From assembly GCA_016935735.1 (NCBI GenBank), contig JAFGQK010000300.1:3437-67436 (forward strand): 64,000 bases of DNA, read 5' to 3'. Below the pieces are notes generated by a model. That model was not told where the DNA came from. It did no database searches and worked only from the letters and a program-made list of their open reading frames with translations. A program made the position numbers and the translations under genes. Source of the stretch: Spirochaetales bacterium. Its GTDB lineage: Bacteria > Spirochaetota > Spirochaetia > SZUA-6 > JAFGRV01. Every line of letters starts with the position of its first letter. Position 1 is the stretch's first letter. Shown here one piece after another: positions 17,158-25,220 of the stretch.

Positions 17158-18096
17158 TTGTATTTATGTATGAAAAATAATGTAATGGCAGATATTGTGT
17201 TCCCGGCTTTTGGTGCGGAATACCTGGGTTGCGAAAGGGATTTTGTCCAGCAGGAAACAACCGGGATTGAATTTTACCTGCAAAGAGCGGAAAAAGCTGT
17301 AGATATCGATAAGCAGTTTATTGAGGCGGATAAAGGCGCAGAGGTCTACGATGAATTGCAATCCCAGTTTGCCAGCTATATTTACAGCTGTATCTTTGCG
17401 GATATCATTAATCAACGAGGAATCAAATCCGGGCTGGTGGCAGCGTATAGCATGGGATTGTACGCGGCCTTATACCATTGCGGAGTTTTTTCTTTTGAAG
17501 ATGGTTTACGCATTATCAGGGATGCCTGTCAACTGGCTCAGGCCACTGCAAAAGGTAAAAAGTTTGCTATGGGGGTCATTGTCGGTTTGGATGTTGATGA
17601 TGTAAAAGGTTTGATTTCCGCCCATGCAACCGGTGTGGATATAATCAATATCAACAATCAATATCAAATCATTATCTGTGGGCCGGAGAATGAAGTCGTG
17701 AAAATAATTACTGCTGCTCAAGATGAGGGGGCGTTGAAAGCTTATATCCTGCAGATAAAAAACCCCTATCATACAGCCCATGTAAAGTCTGCAAGGCATG
17801 AATTTGAAAAAGTGCTGGAAACCTATTCATTACAAAACAGCAAATACCCTCTGGTCTCTTCTCTGGATCAGAAGATATACAATACCCGGAAGGAAATAAT
17901 TAATGAAATGGTTAAAAACATTTATAATTCTTCCAACTGGTATAAAACAATGGAGGTATTGATTGAAAAGGGTTCAAAAAAAATCATCGAGTGCGGTCCG
18001 GGAAAGAGCCTTTGTAATATGGCCAGATTCATACCAGGGGATTACAAAATATACCATATGAAACTGGTTTACAATAATAATTTCAACCTCAAATAA
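17158..18096 (+). CDS. Acyltransferase (malonyl-CoA:ACP transacylase-like, FabD fold)
   Basis: FPAFGAEYLG N-terminus. Nucleophile elbow AYSMGLYAAL in the GHSxG position. Length 312 aa. The true start may be one of the internal Met residues (MADIVFP). Confidence 0.6.
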   Translation: MYLCMKNNVMADIVFPAFGAEYLGCERDFVQQETTGIEFYLQRAEKAVDIDKQFIEADKGAEVYDELQSQFASYIYSCIFADIINQRGIKSGLVAAYSMGLYAALYHCGVFSFEDGLRIIRDACQLAQATAKGKKFAMGVIVGLDVDDVKGLISAHATGVDIININNQYQIIICGPENEVVKIITAAQDEGALKAYILQIKNPYHTAHVKSARHEFEKVLETYSLQNSKYPLVSSLDQKIYNTRKEIINEMVKNIYNSSNWYKTMEVLIEKGSKKIIECGPGKSLCNMARFIPGDYKIYHMKLVYNNNFNLK

Positions 18097-18134
18097 GCAA
18101 TTAAATCCGGCAGAAATGATTTATCAGGTGGGCT

Positions 18135-19478
18135 CTAAATAGTATCCGTGCCTTCTTTAATCAACCAGAGATCGGAAACATTTTTATAAAATTCTTCGAG
18201 GGGTAATGTTGTTTTTAATACCGAATTAAAAAAATTGTATTTATTAAGGTCATAATCAATAATCTGTTCCTTTACTTGATTGTAATACACAGTTCCGGGC
18301 ATGGGAGTAAGAATCGTATACCCCGCATAGACTACTTTGTGGGAGTTTGAATAATCAGCCATGGCCTTAAAATCATCTTCCTTATAATAAGGAGGAATGA
18401 CATAATTTCCCCGGATCTTTATCCCATTGGCCTGGAGTATATTAATCGCCTTTTCTATCAGTTCCGGCCTGGTATCTTTATTATATTTTTTTAATTCATC
18501 ATAGCGATAGGATTCAAAACCGCAGATAACTACTTGCAGACCGCATTGAGCCAGTTTCTCGATTAAATCGGGATGCGCGGCTACCGTGTCTACACGAATA
18601 TCAATGACCAGCTCCTTTTTTATGTTTTCTTCCAGGATACGGTCACATAATTGGTGAATGAATCCGGGATTCACGACTGTGTTCGCATCGGCAAAACGAA
18701 TAACGTTATACTCAGGATCTATGGATTGCATTTCATCAATAATGCTTTTTATCTCCCTCTGGTAAAATTTTCCTTTGTATTGAGGCCGGATGGAACAGAA
18801 AGAACAATTGTAGGGGCATCCCAGTGAAGTAAAAATATAGGTGATCGGGCCGATTTTTCCCCGTATTTTGTAGGCCTGTATCCATTTTTTGATAAATGAA
18901 CGGTCCGGCACGATAAAATCCTGCCCGGCTGAATAATACCGGGTTGTTAAAGGCTTTCCGGGAACCAATTGATTGTGCTTATTAATTAATATTCCGGCAA
19001 CGGCTTCTACATCTTTGTTTTCCTGTTTTGCGCTGACGATTTCTCTGAAAATTTTAGCGGATTCCCCGGGACAGATAATATCCGCCGCGGTACTGATAAA
19101 ATCCTCCGGACATAATGTTGCATGGAGTCCGCCGGCAATGGTAAGGATGTTATGATTATAGGTTTTTACAGTTTTTAAAATAGCGGCTCCACCGTTAAAT
19201 TCCGATGCTATAAAAGTAACCCCGACCAAATCAGGATTGATTTTTTCAAGGTATTGACGGGTTAATTCGCCGGGGGGAGGAGCATGCGGGTGTAAATCAT
19301 ATTCTGCTTTCATATCCAGGACTGTAACATCATGGTCCCTGACTGCCCCGGCAACGGTCAATAATCCCAACGGAGGGCCGATTAATTTCTGATGAATAAA
19401 TTTTTTGGCATCTGCAGAAGCATAGTGAAATATTCCATTTTCATTTGATCTGGGCGGATTGATTAAAAGAATTTTCAT
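18135..19478 (-). CDS. B12-binding domain radical SAM protein (class B rSAM)
   Basis: N-terminal cobalamin-binding-like domain (ILLINPP ... GPPLGLLTVAGAV). LGCPYNCSFCS CxxxCxxC motif. Length 447 aa. Confidence 0.8.
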   Translation of the reverse strand: MKILLINPPRSNENGIFHYASADAKKFIHQKLIGPPLGLLTVAGAVRDHDVTVLDMKAEYDLHPHAPPPGELTRQYLEKINPDLVGVTFIASEFNGGAAILKTVKTYNHNILTIAGGLHATLCPEDFISTAADIICPGESAKIFREIVSAKQENKDVEAVAGILINKHNQLVPGKPLTTRYYSAGQDFIVPDRSFIKKWIQAYKIRGKIGPITYIFTSLGCPYNCSFCSIRPQYKGKFYQREIKSIIDEMQSIDPEYNVIRFADANTVVNPGFIHQLCDRILEENIKKELVIDIRVDTVAAHPDLIEKLAQCGLQVVICGFESYRYDELKKYNKDTRPELIEKAINILQANGIKIRGNYVIPPYYKEDDFKAMADYSNSHKVVYAGYTILTPMPGTVYYNQVKEQIIDYDLNKYNFFNSVLKTTLPLEEFYKNVSDLWLIKEGTDTI

Positions 19479-19633
19479 ATATTCTCCCGAATTATATCAA
19501 TTTATAAATTATACAGAATCCTGATTGTAATAGAAAAGAAGGTGTTTTGCAACATCTTACCGGTGGGAGTAATTCCCGGTTCCCCGTTTTTTATAGTCTT
19601 TTCTGTATTCTATCAATAGAATTATCAATAAAA

Positions 19634-19659
19634 TGTGGACAAAAGAATTGCTGTCCACA
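19634..19659. promoter_or_regulatory. Candidate operator: perfect 8-bp inverted repeat TGTGGACA-N10-TGTCCACA
   Basis: Sits in the divergent intergenic region between the two radical SAM genes and abuts the -35 hexamer. Confidence 0.45.
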
Positions 19660-19663
19660 ACTA

Positions 19664-19692
19664 TTGACAGTATCTCAATAATATAGTATACA
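19664..19692 (+). promoter_or_regulatory. Sigma70-like promoter for the SPASM radical SAM gene (TTGACA-17 bp-TATACA)
   Basis: Consensus -35, 17-bp spacer and -10 TATACA, leaving a roughly 110-nt leader to the ATG at 19808. Confidence 0.5.
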
Positions 19693-19807
19693 TAACTGAA
19701 AAATTATAGAGGGCAAGTTGTAATTTCCTAAATAAATTTTAACTCTTGACAGGGAAATTTGTCTTAAAAGAATCTATTTTAAACAAACAGAAAGAAGGAT
19801 TTTGTTT

Positions 19808-20773
19808 ATGGAAAATGATATTTTTCAGAAAGATTTGAAACACATAGGGATTGTCCTTTCATTTACATGTAATCTGAAGTGTAAAATGTGTAAATTATGG
19901 ATGAAGCCCCCATTGTCGCTTTCCCTGGATTCGATCAAGAGTATATTAAAACAGGCTAAAGCATTGGGTGCAGACATTTTTACACCTTTCGGGGGGGAAC
20001 CGGTATTAAGAAAAGATATTTTTGAAATTTTTAGTTATGCCCACCAATTAGGGTATGATATTGAATTTGTGACAAATGGAACTTTAATCAATGAGCAGGT
20101 AGCTGAAAGATTATTCAAGTATATATCCGGGATTTCCATATCCATTGAAGGATCGAAAGAACATCACGATGAAATAAGAGGTAATGGGACTTTTGATAAG
20201 GCAATCTCCGCAGTCAAGTTTCTGACAAAGTACAAACGCCGGGATGCGAATATCTGTTTAACTATGGTCGTAACCAAAAATAGCTATAAATATATGAAAA
20301 AACTTGTCGATTTGGCCAGTGAGCTCAAAGTTGATAAAATTTTTTACCAACCTTTCAACAGGGCCCAGGCAAGAAAAGAAAATGTACATGACTTTCTGGT
20401 CCCGGCAGTCGAAATTCCCGTTTTGCAGCTGGAAATAGAGAGTACCATCAATTATGCAATGCACAAGAATGTACAATTGGGTTCTGTTATCGAATTTAAA
20501 TTGATCCCTTTATACTTTAAACTAAATGGTAAAATAAAACCAACAAAAGGATGCTTCTTACCATACCATGATATGTTAATTATTCCCAATGGTAAAGTAT
20601 TTGCTTGTCCCTTCGAGCGTATTGAAGTAGGTGATATCAATGAGAACAATCTTGACTATATCTGGAATTCCGAAAAATATGAAAAACAAAGAGAAAAAGC
20701 AAGATTAAAAAAATGCCGCGGTTGTCTTGCCAATTGCTCAGATTTGGATTCATATAAAATAGAAAGTGCATAA
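19808..20773 (+). CDS. Radical SAM protein with C-terminal SPASM/twitch Cys-rich domain
   Basis: FTCNLKCKMCK CxxxCxxC. C-terminal CFLPYH ... ACPFE ... CRGCLANCSD. SD gaaagaagga 8 nt upstream of the ATG at 19808. The listed ORF begins at an upstream TTG. Confidence 0.8.
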   Translation: MENDIFQKDLKHIGIVLSFTCNLKCKMCKLWMKPPLSLSLDSIKSILKQAKALGADIFTPFGGEPVLRKDIFEIFSYAHQLGYDIEFVTNGTLINEQVAERLFKYISGISISIEGSKEHHDEIRGNGTFDKAISAVKFLTKYKRRDANICLTMVVTKNSYKYMKKLVDLASELKVDKIFYQPFNRAQARKENVHDFLVPAVEIPVLQLEIESTINYAMHKNVQLGSVIEFKLIPLYFKLNGKIKPTKGCFLPYHDMLIIPNGKVFACPFERIEVGDINENNLDYIWNSEKYEKQREKARLKKCRGCLANCSDLDSYKIESA

Positions 20774-20798
20774 AATCCTGGTATAACCGCAGAATAAT

Positions 20799-21644
20799 TT
20801 ATTTTAAACCGTTATGCGATTTATAATATTTTACGATGAGACATTCGTTAAAACGCTTTATTACATTATATGCTAAACCAAAGCCGTCAAGCAATTTCTT
20901 AATTTCATTACGTTCACGATAAGGTGTATCACCAGGAAGACTGTCATACAGATCTTTTGGGTCGATATTCATCTCTTTCGCCTGCATAAAAATTTCGGCC
21001 ATTTCCTGGCGTTCTTTTTTTAATATTCTTGAGAAAGTAATCCTTATCTTTATCCAGGAAAAAAAAACTCTCAAAAAATCTTTGTTTGTATATGTCATTA
21101 TCTGTTTTACCGCAAGCAAAGAACCTTTCCGGGCAAGTTCATCAATATCATTAAGTCTTTTGCGCTTTAGCTTACCCGAGGAATCAAGAATGCCGATTTT
21201 TTTATAAATTCTTTCAAGTACTCTCTCGACCTGGTAAAATGCGACAAAGAGGTGACCATGCAATGCAACAACACGCATAGCCTCATTAATTATTGTTTTG
21301 ATTAGTTTCTCATCCGAAAGACGATCCACCACACCGGAAGAAATAATAACTGTTTTATAAGAACAGTTCTCAAAAGGCAGGCTTCTTGCATTTGCTTTTA
21401 TTAATTTAATGGAATGCCTGATATAGGCGTATTTTATCATTTCATCTACGATATCGACACCGTCGGCTATATAACCTTTATCACGGAGATGTTTTACTAT
21501 CAGTCCCTGTCCTGCACCGATTACCAATACAGGGCTTGCAATATCATTAATTATTTTATCCGTCACATGAGTATTCATGTGACGGTTTTCCATTTTATCC
21601 CAGAAAGGACTCCATATTGACCACCATTTTATATTCTTATCCAT
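20799..21644 (-). CDS. Class I SAM-dependent methyltransferase
   Basis: VLVIGAGQGLIVKHL motif I, acidic D after the beta2 strand, Rossmann-like layout. Confidence 0.6.
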   Translation of the reverse strand: MDKNIKWWSIWSPFWDKMENRHMNTHVTDKIINDIASPVLVIGAGQGLIVKHLRDKGYIADGVDIVDEMIKYAYIRHSIKLIKANARSLPFENCSYKTVIISSGVVDRLSDEKLIKTIINEAMRVVALHGHLFVAFYQVERVLERIYKKIGILDSSGKLKRKRLNDIDELARKGSLLAVKQIMTYTNKDFLRVFFSWIKIRITFSRILKKERQEMAEIFMQAKEMNIDPKDLYDSLPGDTPYRERNEIKKLLDGFGLAYNVIKRFNECLIVKYYKSHNGLK

Positions 21645-21898
21645 AAATATTTCTCACTTTTAAAATAATTTTTAACCCATCGCAGCCTTCGGCTGCAACC
21701 AGAGTAGTTCCAAAAATCTTCTTAAAATTGGAAGATTTGGGGGTATAATACTATATTACTTGAGTTTGTCCCGCAACCCCAAACAAGGCAAGCCAATAAC
21801 ATCCATCCATTATATATGGGGGCGTGATTGAATTAAGGCATACTATATATAGCATTGATAGAAGGCAATTTCATCATAATTGAAGTTGTCGGACAACC

Positions 21899-22879
21899 TC
21901 AATGATAGACCTCTTGATGGACTAAAGCAGCCTGTCCCTGCTCCAACCACCTGGCGCAATCCGGGGGTAGTATTTCAGAAACAGTAGTTTCATAAAGGAC
22001 TATCTCATCTTCAGACAGGACCCCTTTCCAGCGATTATTCGTTCCTCTGTACAAAAAACGCTGGCTTCCGCCAAAGAAAGCTTTTCCCCCACCTGGAACG
22101 ATATTATCCGCATTGTTTTTCATCGACTTGAATGATGCATTATCAAGTAAAGTTGGCCAGATATCTTCATTTACTTCAATATCAAGATATCTTGCGATCA
22201 GACGTATTTGCCTATCAATATCTCCTAAAAGATCATTGAAATGCATCAGCAAAATATTGGGTAGATGCCTGTAAGCCCACCATGTTTGCACATTGTTCAG
22301 AATTGATAAACCAAGATTTCCCTCACCTAATCCGGAGAACCAGCCTTTAGTCATAAAGTCTTTAAAGAATTCGTGAATATCATCTGATGGGCGAGTAAGG
22401 GGATCACCGACCCGGCCAGGGGTATTGTTGAATATGTCAAACATTTCCGGCGTTAAATGGCGGTAGTGATTCCAGAGAGACATAAAAATATCTCGTCCGT
22501 CACGCGCAATGTAGATATATTTTACCTGTGGATAATAGATAAGACCGTCGAGGGGTAGGTGCGTTTTGACAAAGCGCCGATGAGTTTGCGCTTCGATGAG
22601 ATCAAATTGCTTTTTAATCATGGCGGGCCGAAAATCGATCCACGGTGATAACTGCCAGATCGGTGCAGGTATTTCTTGATTTTGAAAAATCAAATGAGCA
22701 ACAATGGTCTGTATCCATGTTGTCCCCGATTTGCCGGTAGTGGCGATGATAATGTCATCAGCACGCGGTTTAAAATCATTCCAATAGGTGCTGTCCATGG
22801 TATGATTTTGATAGATATGATTGACGCTCGGCAGTGGTGACATTCCCCACGGTTCACCTTTATTATTTTTTGTTGTCAT
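21899..22879 (-). CDS. PAPS-dependent sulfotransferase family protein
   Basis: 5'-PSB motif TGKSGTTWIQ and 3'-PB motif RDGRD ... typical of Sulfotransfer_1 domain enzymes. Confidence 0.8.
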   Translation of the reverse strand: MTTKNNKGEPWGMSPLPSVNHIYQNHTMDSTYWNDFKPRADDIIIATTGKSGTTWIQTIVAHLIFQNQEIPAPIWQLSPWIDFRPAMIKKQFDLIEAQTHRRFVKTHLPLDGLIYYPQVKYIYIARDGRDIFMSLWNHYRHLTPEMFDIFNNTPGRVGDPLTRPSDDIHEFFKDFMTKGWFSGLGEGNLGLSILNNVQTWWAYRHLPNILLMHFNDLLGDIDRQIRLIARYLDIEVNEDIWPTLLDNASFKSMKNNADNIVPGGGKAFFGGSQRFLYRGTNNRWKGVLSEDEIVLYETTVSEILPPDCARWLEQGQAALVHQEVYH

Positions 22880-23011
22880 GATTCACTCCTCACATGTTAT
22901 TTAAAAACTTCCGATCCGGGCGTATGCCCGGTACCGGAAAATTTAAAGAAATAGGTTCCTGCCTGAATTGTCGATACTATTATGGCAATAACCGACAAGG
23001 AGGAATCTATG

Positions 23012-23061
23012 CTATTTTGACTCAAAATCTTGTCAAAATAACAAGATTTTAAGCAAAATAG
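23012..23061. repeat. Imperfect 50-bp palindrome P2 (homolog of P1)
   Basis: ctattttgactcaaaatcttgtcaaaataacaagattttaagcaaaatag. Two arm mismatches relative to a perfect palindrome. Confidence 0.8.
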
Positions 23062-23065
23062 ATAA

Positions 23066-23153
23066 ACGTTGGCCGCCAGGTTAATGAGACCAGCATAATT
23101 AAAAGAACCTGGATAGCTTGTTAATTAGGTCGTGGGCTTAAGCCTTCGTTATG
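23066..23153 (+). repeat. Repeat element A, copy 3 (+ orientation)
   Basis: ttggccgccaggttaatgagaccagcataattaaaagaacctggatag ... gttaattaggtcgtgggcttaagccttcgttatg. Confidence 0.7.
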
Positions 23154-23580
23154 GTAAAAACCTACAACAATCGGCAGGAAAAGTCCAGTAAAATAATGCA
23201 ATTATGGAGCGCCTGCGGTACTTTTACGAATGTAATTCACACAGGTACAAATTACTCTAAGTTCGAGGCTGGGGTAATCATGGAAGAGAATAAATCGGAC
23301 TGGAAGGCTGTTTGTCTTTACTGGCTATTCAGGTACAGTAAAAAGAGCGTATTATGTAAAAATACGGAATACAGATCGGTATGGAAAAGAATACGCTCTT
23401 GAAGGCGAAGGTCTTTTCGCAAGATGTAACTACTATTGTGCCTCGACGAATGTTGAGGAGTACCTTATAAATTGAGTCCCATTGTTGTTAAAATGGCTGT
23501 ACCGTAAATAAAAAAAACCGAAAATACAGGAAAATCTATATAAAATACTTGCATAAATCAGAATTATTGATTAAATTGCT

Positions 23581-23589
23581 TGGTATAAT
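23581..23589 (+). promoter_or_regulatory. Extended -10 element (TGgTATAAT) upstream of tRNA-Tyr
   Basis: tggtataat lies 38 nt upstream of the mature tRNA 5' end. No well-spaced -35 hexamer. Confidence 0.35.
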
Positions 23590-23626
23590 TGATTTTGGTA
23601 GAACAGCCACACAAGAGGTGGCTTCA

Positions 23627-23708
23627 GGGGAGATACCCGAGTGGCCAAAGGGGGCAGACTGTAAATCTGTTGGCTCAGCCTTCGAAGGTTCGAATCCTTC
23701 TCTCCCCA
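23627..23708 (+). tRNA. tRNA-Tyr (anticodon GUA), long variable arm
   Basis: ggggaga ... cccgagtggccaaaggg ... cagaCTGTAAAtctg ... long variable arm ... ggttcgaatcc ... tctcccc-a. Close to the E. coli tRNA-Tyr pattern. CCA not encoded. Confidence 0.85.
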
Positions 23709-23794
23709 TTATTTCCCGGATTTGTTGAAATTGAGTACTCTTCAAAAAGAAAAAAGTTTTAATAGTCTATCTTATTTTATGGGGATTTACCATT

Positions 23795-24244
23795 TTGATA
23801 AGTAAAATTGCAAAACCTTTTTACTTAGAAGGTTTACGTTTTGAATGTAACCGGTGCTCTGTCTGCTGTAGACATACACCAGGTTATGTGTTTCTTTCTT
23901 TAAAAGATCTGGAATTACTTGTTTCCTTTACCGGGATGACAGAAGAAACCTTTTTATCCTCGTATTGCCGGGAAATAGTTACCATTCGCGGTATAAAAAT
24001 AAGTTTAAAAGAAAAAGCAAATTACGATTGTATTTTCTGGGAAAAGGATGGATGTATATATTATGAGGCACGGCCGTTTCAATGCAGAAGCTTTCCTTTC
24101 TGGAAACAGTACCTCGGGACAAAAAGAAAATGGGATACCCTGTTATCATTCTGCCCGGGAATCGGGAAAGGGCAGATACATACAAAAGAAGAGATTGAAG
24201 AGTGGATCGAGAAAGTAAGCCAGGAAGAATACTATTATAAATAA
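23795..24244 (+). CDS. YkgJ/UPF0153 family cysteine-cluster (putative Fe-S or Zn) protein
   Basis: ECNRCSVCCR CxxCxxCC motif plus downstream Cys residues (YDCIFW ... DGCIYY ... FQCRSFPFW). Confidence 0.6.
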   Translation: MISKIAKPFYLEGLRFECNRCSVCCRHTPGYVFLSLKDLELLVSFTGMTEETFLSSYCREIVTIRGIKISLKEKANYDCIFWEKDGCIYYEARPFQCRSFPFWKQYLGTKRKWDTLLSFCPGIGKGQIHTKEEIEEWIEKVSQEEYYYK

Positions 24245-24278
24245 ATTCCTTATAACAATGTAATGGAGTTTCATAGTT

Positions 24279-25220
24279 ATGCTGGTTAAATTCTGGGGAG
24301 TAAGGGGTTCAATACCGACCCCCCTAACATCTCAACAGGTAAAAAATCGAATAGCTTCTGTTCTTCAGCGGGTGAAACCGGATGATCTGATTTCACCTGA
24401 AAGCAAGGAAATATTTCTTTCAACGCTCCCGGAGGATATTTTCGGTACTGTAGGAGGGAATACCACCTGTATAGAAGTGATAACGAAAAATCCAATATGT
24501 CTTATTTTTGACGCAGGAACCGGGTTAAGAGAACTTGGTAATTACTATGCAAGAGAAAAAAAAGAGGTAAATGAATTTCATATCTTTTTTACTCATTTCC
24601 ACTGGGATCATATACAGGGAATTCCGTTTTTTGCCCCGTTTTTCAATAAAAAGAATTCGATTTACTTTTACAGCCCTGTTCCTCAATTCGAGACATACTT
24701 AAAAGATCAAATGAAATTCCCTTATTTTCCTATTGAAATGGGGTTTCTCGCTGCACGGATTCATTTTATTGAACTGGAAGGAAGAGAAAAAAAGATAAAA
24801 GATTCAGTAATCGCCTGGAGGCGGATGAAACACCCCGGCGGCTGCTTTTCATATAAAGTATCCAGTAATGGAAAAAGCACCATTGTCGCAACCGATTCGG
24901 AGATTACGGAAAAAGAGTTTAAACAAATAGATGAAAATATTTCTTTTTTTAAAGATGCTGATATGCTTATCCTGGATTCCCAGTACACACTGACCGAGCA
25001 CATCAATAAAATCGACTGGGGTCATTCATCATATAGTATGGATGTTGACCTTGCCTCTGTCTGGAAAGTGAAAAACCTTGTTCTTTTTCATCATGAACCC
25101 CTTTATAATGATAAGAAAATCATGAGTATAGAAAGGCTTTCCAGGTGGTATCTGAACCACCTTAAGAATAAAAATATTAACATTATCATCGCCATTGAGG
25201 GGAAGGAGCTTAAGGTGTGA
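24279..25220 (+). CDS. MBL-fold metallo-hydrolase
   Basis: THFHWDH (HxHxDH) motif plus downstream His/Asp ligands. Confidence 0.7.
   Translation: MLVKFWGVRGSIPTPLTSQQVKNRIASVLQRVKPDDLISPESKEIFLSTLPEDIFGTVGGNTTCIEVITKNPICLIFDAGTGLRELGNYYAREKKEVNEFHIFFTHFHWDHIQGIPFFAPFFNKKNSIYFYSPVPQFETYLKDQMKFPYFPIEMGFLAARIHFIELEGREKKIKDSVIAWRRMKHPGGCFSYKVSSNGKSTIVATDSEITEKEFKQIDENISFFKDADMLILDSQYTLTEHINKIDWGHSSYSMDVDLASVWKVKNLVLFHHEPLYNDKKIMSIERLSRWYLNHLKNKNINIIIAIEGKELKV

Noticed and set aside
23151-23402. 83-aa ORF downstream of the sulfotransferase
   Set aside because: Its ATG is the conserved terminal cgttATG of repeat element A3. The same ATG gives 2- and 6-codon ORFs in the other copies. No SD, no recognisable domain, and a stable hairpin (aaagagcgtatt ... 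aatacgctcttt) inside. Likely non-coding.
6769-23708. Integrase, transposase or phage genes expected for a tRNA-flanked island
   Set aside because: None of the ORFs in or beside the island shows recombinase, DDE transposase or phage structural motifs. The island-like interpretation therefore rests only on tRNA flanking and private repeats.
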